Assembly (NCBI GenBank): GCA_963840495.1
Contig: CAWIZN010000047.1
Location: forward strand, 89,485 to 153,484
Direction: 5' to 3'
DNA: 64,000 bases
DNA from: an uncultured Candidatus Rokubacteria bacterium
GTDB taxonomy: Bacteria > Methylomirabilota > Methylomirabilia > Rokubacteriales > CSP1-6
Position 1 is the first letter of the stretch, and each line of letters opens with the position of its first letter. The notes beneath the pieces were generated by a model, which was not told where the DNA came from, did no database searches, and saw only the letters and a list, made by a program, of their open reading frames with translations. This document shows positions 48,354-56,660 of this stretch, piece by piece. The position numbers were made by a program, and so were the translations under genes.

Positions 48354-48426
48354 CAGCTAGCTCGCTCCGCTCGCACTCATCTCGGATCCGCTCGCCTCGC
48401 CTTCGGCTGCGCCTCGCTCGCCGAGA

Positions 48427-48571
48427 ACCCGTCGGGAAACCCGGCTAGAGCGATGAGAAGGGTCCAGCTGCGAGGCGGCGCCCGAAGGCCGCACGCGAGG
48501 CGTAGTCGCTCTACGTTGAGCGTGCGGCCGAGGGCGCCAACGAAGCAGATGGGCCCTTCTCATCGCTCTAG
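48427..48571 (+). repeat. long-hairpin intergenic repeat, copy A5 (best-formed)
   Basis: acccgtcgggaaacccgg + ctagagcgatgagaagggtccagctgcgaggcggcgcccgaaggccgcacgcgaggcgtag tcg ctctacgttgagcgtgcggccgagggcgccaacgaagcagatgggcccttctcatcgctctagc. Outer stem of 19 bp and central stem ggccgcacg/cgtgcggcc. The terminal CTAG carries the TAG stop of the crotonase gene. Confidence 0.88.
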
Positions 48572-49341
48572 CGGCCCTTGAACTCTGCCGGGCGCTTGGC
48601 GAAGAAGGCCTGGATGCCCTCGCTCGCGTCGTCGGTCTTGAGCGATTGGACGAACGCGCGAATCTCGATCTCGATGGCCTGGTCGATGGGCGCCTGGAGA
48701 CCGTCGTCCACGGCCTCGATGATGAGCCGCGTGGCGACGGGCGGCCGCTTGCCCAGCTCGCGGCAGAGCGCCTTGGCGTCGGCGAGCGTCTCGCCCTCCT
48801 TCGAGAGCCGGTTGACGAGGCCGATGCGGTGGCACTCGGCGGCGGGGATCTGCGTGCCGAGGATGAGGTACTCGAGGGCCAGGCCTCGTCCGACGAGCCG
48901 CGGAAGGCGCTGGCTGCCCCCGAAGCCAGGCGTGATTCCCAGGTTCGACTCCGTCTGCCCCATCCGGGCGCCCTCCTTGAGGATGCGGATGTGGCAGCCC
49001 ATCGCGATCTCACAGCCCCCGCCCAGCGCATGGCCGTTGATGGCGGCCACCACGGGCTTGGGAAAGCGCTCGATCCGCCGCACGACGCTATTGCCGAACC
49101 GGATGAAGGTCGCCACATCGGGCCCCGAGAAGGCATTGCCGAGATCGGCGCCCGCGCAGAAGATCCTGTCGCCCCCTCCCGTGATGATGACCGACCTGAC
49201 CGCGCCGTCGGCCTCCACGTCGGACAGCGCCGCGTTCAGCTCGCGCATCAGCGTCTCGCTGATCGCATTGGCGGGCGGACGGTTGAGCGTGATCACCGCG
49301 TACGTCTCCTCGCGATCGAGGACGATGGTCTCGTACGGCAT
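48568..49341 (-). CDS. enoyl-CoA hydratase/isomerase (crotonase family)
   Basis: ORF 48568..49341(-), intact. ..ITLNRPPANAI.., ..FCAGADL.., ..AAINGHALGGGCEIAMGC.. Confidence 0.9.
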   Translation of the reverse strand: MPYETIVLDREETYAVITLNRPPANAISETLMRELNAALSDVEADGAVRSVIITGGGDRIFCAGADLGNAFSGPDVATFIRFGNSVVRRIERFPKPVVAAINGHALGGGCEIAMGCHIRILKEGARMGQTESNLGITPGFGGSQRLPRLVGRGLALEYLILGTQIPAAECHRIGLVNRLSKEGETLADAKALCRELGKRPPVATRLIIEAVDDGLQAPIDQAIEIEIRAFVQSLKTDDASEGIQAFFAKRPAEFKGR

Positions 49342-49380
49342 GGGAGCGCGTCTCCTTCTGTGGAGTGCGGATCGCGGGAG

Positions 49381-49978
49381 CTAGCTCGCGCCACGCGGCG
49401 CGGCAGCAGCGCCTTGCAGGAAGATGTCCACCACGGTGTCCGCCGTGCCGACGAGGTGGTAGCCGCGCTTGCCGAGCACCCACGAGGTCGCCATCTGATC
49501 CATGGCGCCGAAGAGCATCTTCGTGGCGACCTTCACGGGCAGGTCGGCGGAGAAGCGTCCCGGCCGCCGCGCCCTCCTCGAAGACGGAGGCGATCAGGGC
49601 GAAATACGCGGCGATCTCTTGGTTGGCCGGGCCGCGGAAGAGCTTCTGGCCCTGCCGCAGCTCCACCTGCACCACCTCGGCCAGCTCTGGGTTGTCCTCC
49701 AGGATCCGGAAATGGAGCCGGACGAGCCGCCGCAGCTTGGCGACGGCGTCGCGCTCCTCGGCAATGGCCTGGCGCACCGTCTCCACGAACCCCGCCATCT
49801 TCTCCCGGAAGAGCGTGATCAGGATCTCTTCCTTGGTGTCGAAGTACAGGTAGATGGTGCCCGCGGCGATCCCCGCCTCGCGCGCGATGTCGGAGACGCG
49901 CGCGTTGAAATATCCCTTTCGGGCGAAGACCCGAAGGGCGGCCTCGATGATCTGCTGTGGCTTCTCGGGATCGCGCAT
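49381..49978 (-). CDS. TetR-family transcriptional regulator, frameshifted as sequenced
   Basis: From ORF 49088..51202(-): MRDPEKPQQIIEAALRVFARKGYFNARVSDIAREAGIAAGTIYLYFDTKEEIL... After ..VFEEGAAAG (about 49552-49564) the natural sequence continues in another frame (RFSADLPVKVATKMLFGAMDQMATSWVLGKRGYHLVGTADTVVDIFLQG..*). Confidence 0.8.
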
Positions 49979-50056
49979 GACGAGCGGTGAACCGTGGTTC
50001 ATTCTAGGGAGGCCCCGTCCGCATGTCAAACTCGCGGCGCTTACCAGGCGCTCGCC

Positions 50057-50085
50057 TTGACTCACCCTGGCCGCCCGCGTACGAT
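50057..50085 (+). promoter_or_regulatory. promoter TTGACT-17-TACGAT, leaderless geometry
   Basis: TTGACT at 50057-50062 and TACGAT at 50080-50085, then 7 nt to ATG 50093. Confidence 0.5.
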
Positions 50086-50092
50086 CCCGCCC

Positions 50093-51028
50093 ATGCACAT
50101 CAAATACCGGATCGGGATCATGCCCGGCCCCTGGCCGAAGGGACGAGAGGGCGTCGATTTCCTGTGGGCGCTCACCGACTTCCTCGAGCGGAGCGGGATC
50201 GACTCGCTCTGGCTCTCCGACCGCCTGTCCTCGCCGACGCCTGTGCCCGAGGTCATGACGACGCTGGCCGCGGTGGCCGCGCGGACGCAGACGCTCAAGT
50301 TCGGCCCGAGCGTGATCGTGCTGCCCTACCGGACTCCGGTGGTGGCGGCCAAGGAGATGGCGACGCTCGACTGGCTCTCCCGCGGCCGCTTCTTCCCGGC
50401 GGTGGGCGTCGGCGTCGAGCTGCCGCGTGAGTTCGACGCCTCCGGCGTGCCGTTCAAGGAGCGCGGCCGGCGCACCGACGAGGCCATCCACGTCATTCGC
50501 CTGCTCTGGACCCAGGACGAGGTGAGCTTCCAGGGCGAGTTCTACAAGCTCGACCGCGTGACGATCTTTCCCAAGCCCTGGCAGACCCCGCCCCCCATCT
50601 GGATCGGCGGCAAGAGCGAGGCGGCCATCAAGCGCACCGCGCGGGTCGGCGACGGCTGGATGCCCTCGTTCATCACGCCCGAGGAGCTCCGTGTGGGAGT
50701 CGACCGCGTGCAGGAGCTGGCGGCCGCGGCCGGGCGCGAGGTGCCCGAAGACCACTTCGGCACGCTGATCAACTTCGCGATCGCGGAGAGCAGCGAGGCC
50801 GCCCTCGCCATGGCCCAGCCCTTCATCCAGCGCGGGCGCGTCGACGAGGCCACGATGAAGCAGTGCACGGCCTTCGGGCCGGTCGACACGGTGATCGCGA
50901 AGGTCGAGGAGTACGTGAAGGCGGGCGCGTCGAAGTTCATCCTGCGCCCCCTCTGCCCCTCCGAGCGCATGCTCGAGCAGCTCGCCGTCATCGCCGAGCA
51001 CGTGGCCCCCGAGTACCACCGCCGCTAG
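50093..51028 (+). CDS. luciferase-like monooxygenase family oxidoreductase (probably an F420-dependent LLM class)
   Basis: ORF 49994..51028(+) from ATG 50093. MHIKYRIGIMPGPW..., ..LWLSDRL.., ..SVIVLPYRTPVVAAKEMATLDWLSRGRF..GVGVG.., ..IWIGGKSEAAIKRTARVGDGWMP.. Confidence 0.82.
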   Translation: MHIKYRIGIMPGPWPKGREGVDFLWALTDFLERSGIDSLWLSDRLSSPTPVPEVMTTLAAVAARTQTLKFGPSVIVLPYRTPVVAAKEMATLDWLSRGRFFPAVGVGVELPREFDASGVPFKERGRRTDEAIHVIRLLWTQDEVSFQGEFYKLDRVTIFPKPWQTPPPIWIGGKSEAAIKRTARVGDGWMPSFITPEELRVGVDRVQELAAAAGREVPEDHFGTLINFAIAESSEAALAMAQPFIQRGRVDEATMKQCTAFGPVDTVIAKVEEYVKAGASKFILRPLCPSERMLEQLAVIAEHVAPEYHRR

Positions 51029-51033
51029 ACGAC

Positions 51034-51123
51034 TCGGAGGGGGGCTCCGCCCCCTTCCGATGCCTCCCCCGAACAGCGGATTGCGCCGGCGAAGCCGGCG
51101 CTCGAACACGGTTACTCCGACAC
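51034..51123 (+). repeat. mosaic repeat B1 (G5/C5 hairpin plus GC palindrome plus GTTACTCCGAC module)
   Basis: tcggaggggggctccgcccccttccgatgcctcccccgaacagcggattgcgccggcgaagccggcgctcgaacacggttactccgacac. It is the reverse-complement match of 34087-34210. The module gttactccgac is the complement of the gtcggagtaac found at the left edge of the A copies. Confidence 0.75.
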
Positions 51124-51200
51124 GCTCCTCGCCAGTCGAGGCCTCGTCGGCTGGCTCCGAGTCTGCCCCGACGTTCGCCCGGCCAGGATATACTGCGCGC

Positions 51201-52160
51201 ATGCGTCAGCCTACGGCGATTGCCCTCCTCGCGCTCTTTCTCTGCGGTTGCTCCGTGCTCTCGATCGACTTCCAGCCGCGTATCCGGCCCCTCGAGGAGG
51301 AAACACTCGAGGGCCACGGGCGCGCGAAGATCCTCCTCGTCGACCTCTCCGGCGTGCTCCAGGACGAGTCGGTCAGCTTCTCCCTCGGCGCTCCCCCGCC
51401 CCGCGTGCCTCTGCTCGCGCGGGTCCGCGAGGAGCTCGAGAAGGCCGAGAAAGACGACCGGGTCCGGGCGCTGATCGTCAAGATCAATAGCCCGGGCGGC
51501 ACCATCACGGCCTCCGACATCCTCTACCGCGAGATCGTCGAGTTCAAGGCGCGCCGGAAGATTCCGGTGACGGCGGTCATCATGGACGTCGGGGCCTCGG
51601 GCGGCTACTACGTGGCGCTGGCCGCCGACACCATCGTCGTCCATCCGACTTCGGTGACGGGGAGCCTGGGCGTCGTCATGCTCACGGTCAATGCCCAGGG
51701 CCTCATGGAGAAGATCGGCGTCGCCCCGCTCGCCATCAAGTCGGGGCCGATGAAGGATGCCGGCTCCCCCTTCCGCCCCCTCACCCAGCCGGAGCTCCAG
51801 GTGTTCCAGGGCGTCATCGACGACATGTACGGCCGCTTCGTTCGGCTGATCGCCGAATCGCGGAAGATTCCCGAGGAGCGCGTGCGATCGCTCGCCGACG
51901 GGCGCATCTACACCGCCCAGCAGGCGCTCGCCCTCGGCCTCGTCGACCGGATCGCCTACCTCGACGACGTCGTCCGTACCACGAAAAAGGCGCTCGGCGT
52001 CGATGAAGCGCGCGTCGTCATGTACCACCGTCCCCGGGAATATCGCGCGACGATCTACTCGGAAGCGGCGACCGTCCCCGGATCGAGCGGCGCCCTCGGG
52101 CAGCTCACGGGCTTCCTCGGTGGGCCCGGGCCGCGCTTCATGTACCTCTGGTGGCCCTGA
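51201..52160 (+). CDS. sppA: signal peptide peptidase SppA (36K type), lipoprotein-like signal
   Basis: ORF 51060..52160(+) from ATG 51201. MRQPTAIALLALFLCGCS.., ..ALIVKINSPGGTITASD.., ..MDVGASGGYYVALAAD.. TATACT at 51189-51194, 6 nt before the ATG. Confidence 0.86.
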   Translation: MRQPTAIALLALFLCGCSVLSIDFQPRIRPLEEETLEGHGRAKILLVDLSGVLQDESVSFSLGAPPPRVPLLARVREELEKAEKDDRVRALIVKINSPGGTITASDILYREIVEFKARRKIPVTAVIMDVGASGGYYVALAADTIVVHPTSVTGSLGVVMLTVNAQGLMEKIGVAPLAIKSGPMKDAGSPFRPLTQPELQVFQGVIDDMYGRFVRLIAESRKIPEERVRSLADGRIYTAQQALALGLVDRIAYLDDVVRTTKKALGVDEARVVMYHRPREYRATIYSEAATVPGSSGALGQLTGFLGGPGPRFMYLWWP

Positions 52161-52291
52161 GCGCAGGATGCTGAAAAAGGCCCATCTGCTTCGTTGGCGC
52201 CCTCGGCAGCCGGCTCAACGTAGAGCGACTACGCCTCGCCGGCTGCCTTCGGGCGCCGCCTCGCATCTGGACCTTTTTGAGCATCCTGCGC
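52161..52291 (-). repeat. long-hairpin intergenic repeat, copy A6 (reverse orientation, different outer stem)
   Basis: gcgcaggatgctgaaaaaggcccatctgcttcgttggcgccctcggcagccggctcaacgta..tacgcctcgccggctgccttcgggcgccgcctcgcatctggacctttttgagcatcctgcgc. It starts 1 nt after the sppA TGA. Confidence 0.85.
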
Positions 52292-52323
52292 GTTCTGGCA
52301 GAGGCGCCTAGGCTCAGCAGGCT

Positions 52324-53178
52324 TTACGTCTTCGTCTCGCTCGATCCCCGGAGCTGGTAGATCGCCTTGTGGCGGATGTGAGCGACGGGGCGCTTGCCCT
52401 CGGCCAGGAGCAAGAGGTCGAGCTCGACGAACTGGTGTCCCTTGCGCTCGAAGAGGGTCCCGACCCGCGCCCGCGTCTCGAGGCGCTCGCCGACGCGAAG
52501 CGCGCCCAGGTGCTGCCCCTCGCTCTCCGCGTGGATCCACGGGCTCACGATGACATTGCGGCTCAAGGCCCGATTGGCCTCGTGCAGATACAACCCGGGA
52601 TGGGCGGGCGCGGCCGGGCCGCCATAGAGCGCGAGCGGCTCGCCGACGCGGTCGAGGAAGGCCCGCGCCGTCGCCGCATCCAAGACAAGCTCGGGCGTGC
52701 CCAGCACGGGCCGGGCGGCCAGGACCTCCCGGCTCACCCGAGGGCGCTCGTCGGGCAGCGGCGCCGCGGGATAGTTCCCCGGATCCGGTGCCGCTGGGCT
52801 CGTGCCCTCCGTGAGGCCGAAGGTCGCCGTGGCGCACAGCTCACCGGCGCTGTTCACCGCGCGCGCCTCGATCATCACGCCCTGGCCCGTCAGCGAAGCC
52901 ACCGCGGCTTCGATCACGACCGGCTCGTCGAAGTAGATGGGGCTCAGAAAGCGCGCCCTGAAGGTGCCGCGCTCGAGCCACGGCACGCCGAGCGCGGCCA
53001 CGACGGGATGGGTCATCCACGCGTATACCGTCACGCCGGGCACGAGGCCGCCGCGAAAGCCGAGCTCGCGGGCGAGCCCGTCCTCGTGGATCTTGTTCTC
53101 CGTCACGTCCGCCGGCATCTGGGCGCTCACGCGGTGGCGGGGGAGCGTGCTGCCGGCGGCGAGCGTCGCGAGGCTCAT
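52324..53178 (-). CDS. MaoC-like/hotdog-fold protein
   Basis: ORF 52324..53217(-) from ATG 53178 (GGAGGA upstream). ..NKIHEDGLARELGFRGGLVPGVTVYAWM.. and a second hotdog half ..LYLHEANRALSRNVIVSPWIHAESE.. Confidence 0.68.
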   Translation of the reverse strand: MSLATLAAGSTLPRHRVSAQMPADVTENKIHEDGLARELGFRGGLVPGVTVYAWMTHPVVAALGVPWLERGTFRARFLSPIYFDEPVVIEAAVASLTGQGVMIEARAVNSAGELCATATFGLTEGTSPAAPDPGNYPAAPLPDERPRVSREVLAARPVLGTPELVLDAATARAFLDRVGEPLALYGGPAAPAHPGLYLHEANRALSRNVIVSPWIHAESEGQHLGALRVGERLETRARVGTLFERKGHQFVELDLLLLAEGKRPVAHIRHKAIYQLRGSSETKT

Positions 53179-53191
53179 CGGATCCTCCGTG

Positions 53192-53866
53192 TCACTTCTT
53201 CTCGATCCGGGCGCCATAGCCGCCCGCCCGGTCCTGCTGCTCGTTCCACTTGTCCCACTCGGCGTCGCGCTTCTCGCGCTTGAGCGTGCCCGTCTCCTTG
53301 GGCGCCCCCACCGGCGGCACGATCAGCGCCTGATCCTGCGCGAGCGCACGCTGCCACCCCTCTCCTGACACCGTCACTCCCCCGTGATACACGGCCACGA
53401 CGACGGAGCCGTCCGGGTTCATGCCGATGGTGGCCCCGCCGCCGCGGGCGGTGACGGTCGCGGGTCCCGCGCGCACCTCGATGTGAGTGGAGACCGGGCT
53501 GTTCGGCATGACGGACACCCAGAGCAGGCCGCCATCCATGCGCAGGCGCGTCGGGCCCGGGGTCACCGGTGCATCGTCGGCGGCGAAGACGATTTGAGTG
53601 CGAGCGCCGAGCCGGAGCGCCTGCCCGCTCGCGGTGAGCACGGTGAGGCGGCCCGCGATGGTGCGCACCGCGTCGCCCGCCGACAGCTCGTCCCGCAGGG
53701 CCGCCGCCGCCCACGGCCCCGACTTCCGCGACAGCTCGGCGCGGCCGCCGAGGGTCGCGATCTGCGCGGGCAGCTCCTGCGGCTGGGCCGCCGCGAGGCA
53801 CGGCCACGCGCCGAAGACGGCGGTGATGAAGGCGAACAGCAGCAGACGGCGTTCACGCGCGCTCAT
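53192..53866 (-). CDS. FecR-domain secreted protein
   Basis: ORF 53192..53866(-). Signal peptide MSARERRLLLFAFITAVFGAWPCLAAA, then ..ATLGGRAELSRKSGPWAAAALRDELSAGDAVRTIAGRLTV.. Confidence 0.68.
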   Translation of the reverse strand: MSARERRLLLFAFITAVFGAWPCLAAAQPQELPAQIATLGGRAELSRKSGPWAAAALRDELSAGDAVRTIAGRLTVLTASGQALRLGARTQIVFAADDAPVTPGPTRLRMDGGLLWVSVMPNSPVSTHIEVRAGPATVTARGGGATIGMNPDGSVVVAVYHGGVTVSGEGWQRALAQDQALIVPPVGAPKETGTLKREKRDAEWDKWNEQQDRAGGYGARIEKK

Positions 53867-54032
53867 GTGCGGGCTCGTACCCGGGACAGCGTAGCACGGG
53901 CAGCCGAGGATACTTGGCGAACGCGGGATCGCGCGCGGCGAGCCGGCACAACCAGAAGAGCGAGCCGCGGGCGGAGGTGACCTGGCCCGCGTGGCGGCAG
54001 TCGGCGCAGAGGCCCACCGCCGCGTCGGTCAC
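53853..54032 (-). CDS. small Cys-rich hypothetical protein (59 aa)
   Basis: From ORF 53853..54098(-). VTDAAVGLCADCRHAGQVTSARGSLFWLCRLAARDPAFAKYPRLPVLRCPGYEP. The GTG start overlaps the NUDIX stop (GTGA). Confidence 0.4.
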   Translation of the reverse strand: MTDAAVGLCADCRHAGQVTSARGSLFWLCRLAARDPAFAKYPRLPVLRCPGYEPAHERA

Positions 54033-54631
54033 CCCCGGCGCGCCTCCTCGGCGAGCATGTCGAGGAACTGCTTCACGATCCGCGCGGTGGCGCCCCACAC
54101 GAGGTCATCGGGTGAGACCTGGTAGAAGTACACCTCGTGGGACTCGCCCCCTCGCGTCCACGTCTCCGCGCGGAAGATCGCGGGATCCGCCAGCGTCTCG
54201 AGCGGGACTTCGATCACGCGCTCGATCTCGCGGCCGTCCGGCACGAAGTCCACGGCCTCGGTCACGATCCCGACCACCGGCGTGATGATGAACGGGGTCG
54301 CGCGCGTCTCCGTGTCGTCCAGGAGGCCCAGCACCTCGACGGCTTCGGCGGGCAACCGGATCTCTTCCCAGGCCTCGCGCAGCGCCGCCTCCACGCGCGA
54401 GGCGTCGCGCTGCTCGACCACACCCCCGGGAAACGAGAACTGCCCCTTGTGGTGCGGCACCCCGTCGGACTTCTTGGTGAAGACGAGGTGCGGGCGGCCG
54501 GCGTGCTCGGTGATCGGCACGAGCACGGCTGCCGAGACGAGGTCGCTGCGGTCGAGAGCCAGGCGCGGACGACGCGAGAGCCCCGCGTCGAGCCGCGCGC
54601 GCAGCTCGCGGAGCGCGGGGGAATCCGGCAC
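54029..54631 (-). CDS. NUDIX hydrolase (CoA pyrophosphatase-like)
   Basis: ORF 54029..54631(-). Nudix box GGVVEQRDASRVEAALREAWEEIRL. Confidence 0.8.
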   Translation of the reverse strand: MPDSPALRELRARLDAGLSRRPRLALDRSDLVSAAVLVPITEHAGRPHLVFTKKSDGVPHHKGQFSFPGGVVEQRDASRVEAALREAWEEIRLPAEAVEVLGLLDDTETRATPFIITPVVGIVTEAVDFVPDGREIERVIEVPLETLADPAIFRAETWTRGGESHEVYFYQVSPDDLVWGATARIVKQFLDMLAEEARRG

Positions 54632-54638
54632 CCGCGTC

Positions 54639-55418
54639 CTAGACGAACCGGCAGGCGACGCTGCCGAGGCGCGTGAACGACGCGCGGACGGACTCGCCCG
54701 CCTTGGGGCGCAGGATCTTGGAGATCGACCCCGTCAGCACGACGTCGCCCGGCCGGAGCCCGCGCCCCATCCGGCCGAGCGTATTGGCGAGCCACGCGAG
54801 CGAGTGCAGCGGATTGCCCATGACCTCGGCCGCGGTATTGGTCGCCACGACCTCGCCGTTCTGCTCGAACACCACGCCCTCGAGGGCCAGGTCGAGGCCC
54901 ATCACGGACGTGAGCGGTCGGCCGAGCACGATCGCATTGGTGGCCACACCGTCGGCGACCATGTCGACCCCGCGCGGCTTGCCCGCGAAGCGCAAGTCGA
55001 TGAGCTCGAGCGCCGGCAGCGCGCCCTCCACCGCGAGCAGCGCGGAGGCCGCGGTCACGCCCGGACCCGCCAGGTCGGCCTTGAGGAGAAAGGCGACCTC
55101 CGCCTCCACGCCGAGGCCCACGAAGCGCGCCGCGGGCACGGCATCGCCGCTGCTGAACACGCCCGACGCGAGCATGAAGCCCGCCGCCGGCTCGGTCACA
55201 CCGTAGGCCGCCTGCGCCGCGGCGCCGGTGAAGCCGACCTTCCAGCCGATCACCCGCTCGCCGCGCGCCACCACCGCCTGCTCGAGATTCCGCTGGATGT
55301 CGTAGGCCTCGGCGAGCGCCAGGCCCGGCGTGGCGTCCGTCAGTGGGGTCATGCGCTCGGGACCGAAGCGTCCGCGCAGGAGGTGCTCCACGACATTCGG
55401 GATCGACAGGGTGCTCAC
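54639..55418 (-). CDS. 2-keto-4-pentenoate hydratase / fumarylacetoacetate-hydrolase-superfamily hydratase (MhpD-like)
   Basis: ORF 54639..55418(-). ..LALAEAYDIQRNLEQAVVARGERVIGWKVGFT.. and ..GDVVLTGS.. Confidence 0.78.
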   Translation of the reverse strand: MSTLSIPNVVEHLLRGRFGPERMTPLTDATPGLALAEAYDIQRNLEQAVVARGERVIGWKVGFTGAAAQAAYGVTEPAAGFMLASGVFSSGDAVPAARFVGLGVEAEVAFLLKADLAGPGVTAASALLAVEGALPALELIDLRFAGKPRGVDMVADGVATNAIVLGRPLTSVMGLDLALEGVVFEQNGEVVATNTAAEVMGNPLHSLAWLANTLGRMGRGLRPGDVVLTGSISKILRPKAGESVRASFTRLGSVACRFV

Positions 55419-55696
55419 GCTCGGCTCCTTCTCCAGAATCGGGACGCGACGATGAAACGACGCCCAAGCCTACTCCCGGCGCGCGACGAGCCGCAAGCGG
55501 TGATTGACCAACCCGCTGCGCCTTGACAGGCCTCCGCCCAAGGCTTAGGGTCGCCCGAGCGCTCCGGCGCACGGCACGGCGCGCCCACCTGTTTTCAGTT
55601 CAAGGAGACCGGCCATGGCGGTTCGCTATTCGCGGCGCGATGATCTCGACCTCATGCTCCTGCGCGCGGCATCCGGCGCGCTCCTGGGCGGCCGTG

Positions 55697-56446
55697 ATGC
55701 GCGTGCTCGTGACGGGCATGAGCGGGCTCATCGGCGGCGCGTTGCGCACGCGGCTCGCGGGCGCCCACGAGCTCCGCGCGCTCAACCGCGGCCGGGTCGA
55801 CGGCGTGCCGTGCCACCAGGCGGACATCGCCGACCTCGAGGCCATCAGGCCCGCGTTCGACGGCGTCGACGTGGTCGTGCACCTCGCCGCCAATGCCCAC
55901 GGCTCGGCGCCGTGGGCCGACGTGCTCCAGCACAATGTCGTCGGCACCTACAATGTCTTCGAGGCCGCGCGGCTCGCCGGCGTGAAGCGCGTGATCTACG
56001 CGTCGAGCGGAGCCACCGTCAGCAACTACGAGCGCGACTTCCCGTACTCGGCGCTCGTGAGCGGGCGCTACGACGAGGTGGCGAGCTGGCCGATCTTGAC
56101 CCACGAGTCGCCGCTCAGGCCCAGTGGCCTCTACGGCGCGAGCAAGGTCTGGGGCGAGGCTCTCGCCCGCCACTATGCCGACGCGCACGGCCTGTCCATG
56201 ATCTGCCTGCGCATCGGCGCGGTGAACGCGGAGGACCGGCCGCTGGCGCCGCGACAGTACTCGGTCTGGTGCAGCCAACGCGACATCGCGCAGATGATCG
56301 AGCGCTGCATCGCGGCGCCCGAGAGCCTCCGATTCGACGTCTTCTTCGTCGTCTCCGACAACAAGTGGAGCTATCGCGATCTGAGCCATGCGCGCACCGT
56401 CGTCGGGTACGTGCCCTCGGACCGCGCGGAGGATCACCGGTCGTGA
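55697..56446 (+). CDS. NAD-dependent epimerase/dehydratase family protein
   Basis: ORF 55523..56446(+) from ATG 55697. MRVLVTGMSGLIGGAL.., ..YGASKVWGE.. Confidence 0.84.
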   Translation: MRVLVTGMSGLIGGALRTRLAGAHELRALNRGRVDGVPCHQADIADLEAIRPAFDGVDVVVHLAANAHGSAPWADVLQHNVVGTYNVFEAARLAGVKRVIYASSGATVSNYERDFPYSALVSGRYDEVASWPILTHESPLRPSGLYGASKVWGEALARHYADAHGLSMICLRIGAVNAEDRPLAPRQYSVWCSQRDIAQMIERCIAAPESLRFDVFFVVSDNKWSYRDLSHARTVVGYVPSDRAEDHRS

Positions 56447-56660
56447 TGACCGGGGCGTCCTGAGCTCGACTGTCGCCACGCGGCTCGAAGATCTCGACGA
56501 GGTGCTCGCGCTCCCCCAGCAGCCGGCGCACATCGAGGTCAGTGCACAAACTGTGCCGGCACCGTCCACCGCGAAGCGCCCTTGCAGGAATCGTTTGCCC
56601 GTTCCGACCTTCATCTGTACATTGATTGGGTCGCACCATCCCACAATCGAGGTCACTGAC

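Noticed and set aside
55523-55551. TTGACA-17-TAGGGT, considered as the promoter of the epimerase gene
   Set aside because: The sequence match is good, but it lies about 145 nt upstream of the convincing start (ATG 55697, MRVLVTG). It is inside the divergent region shared with the MhpD-like gene, so its assignment and function are too uncertain to list as a feature.
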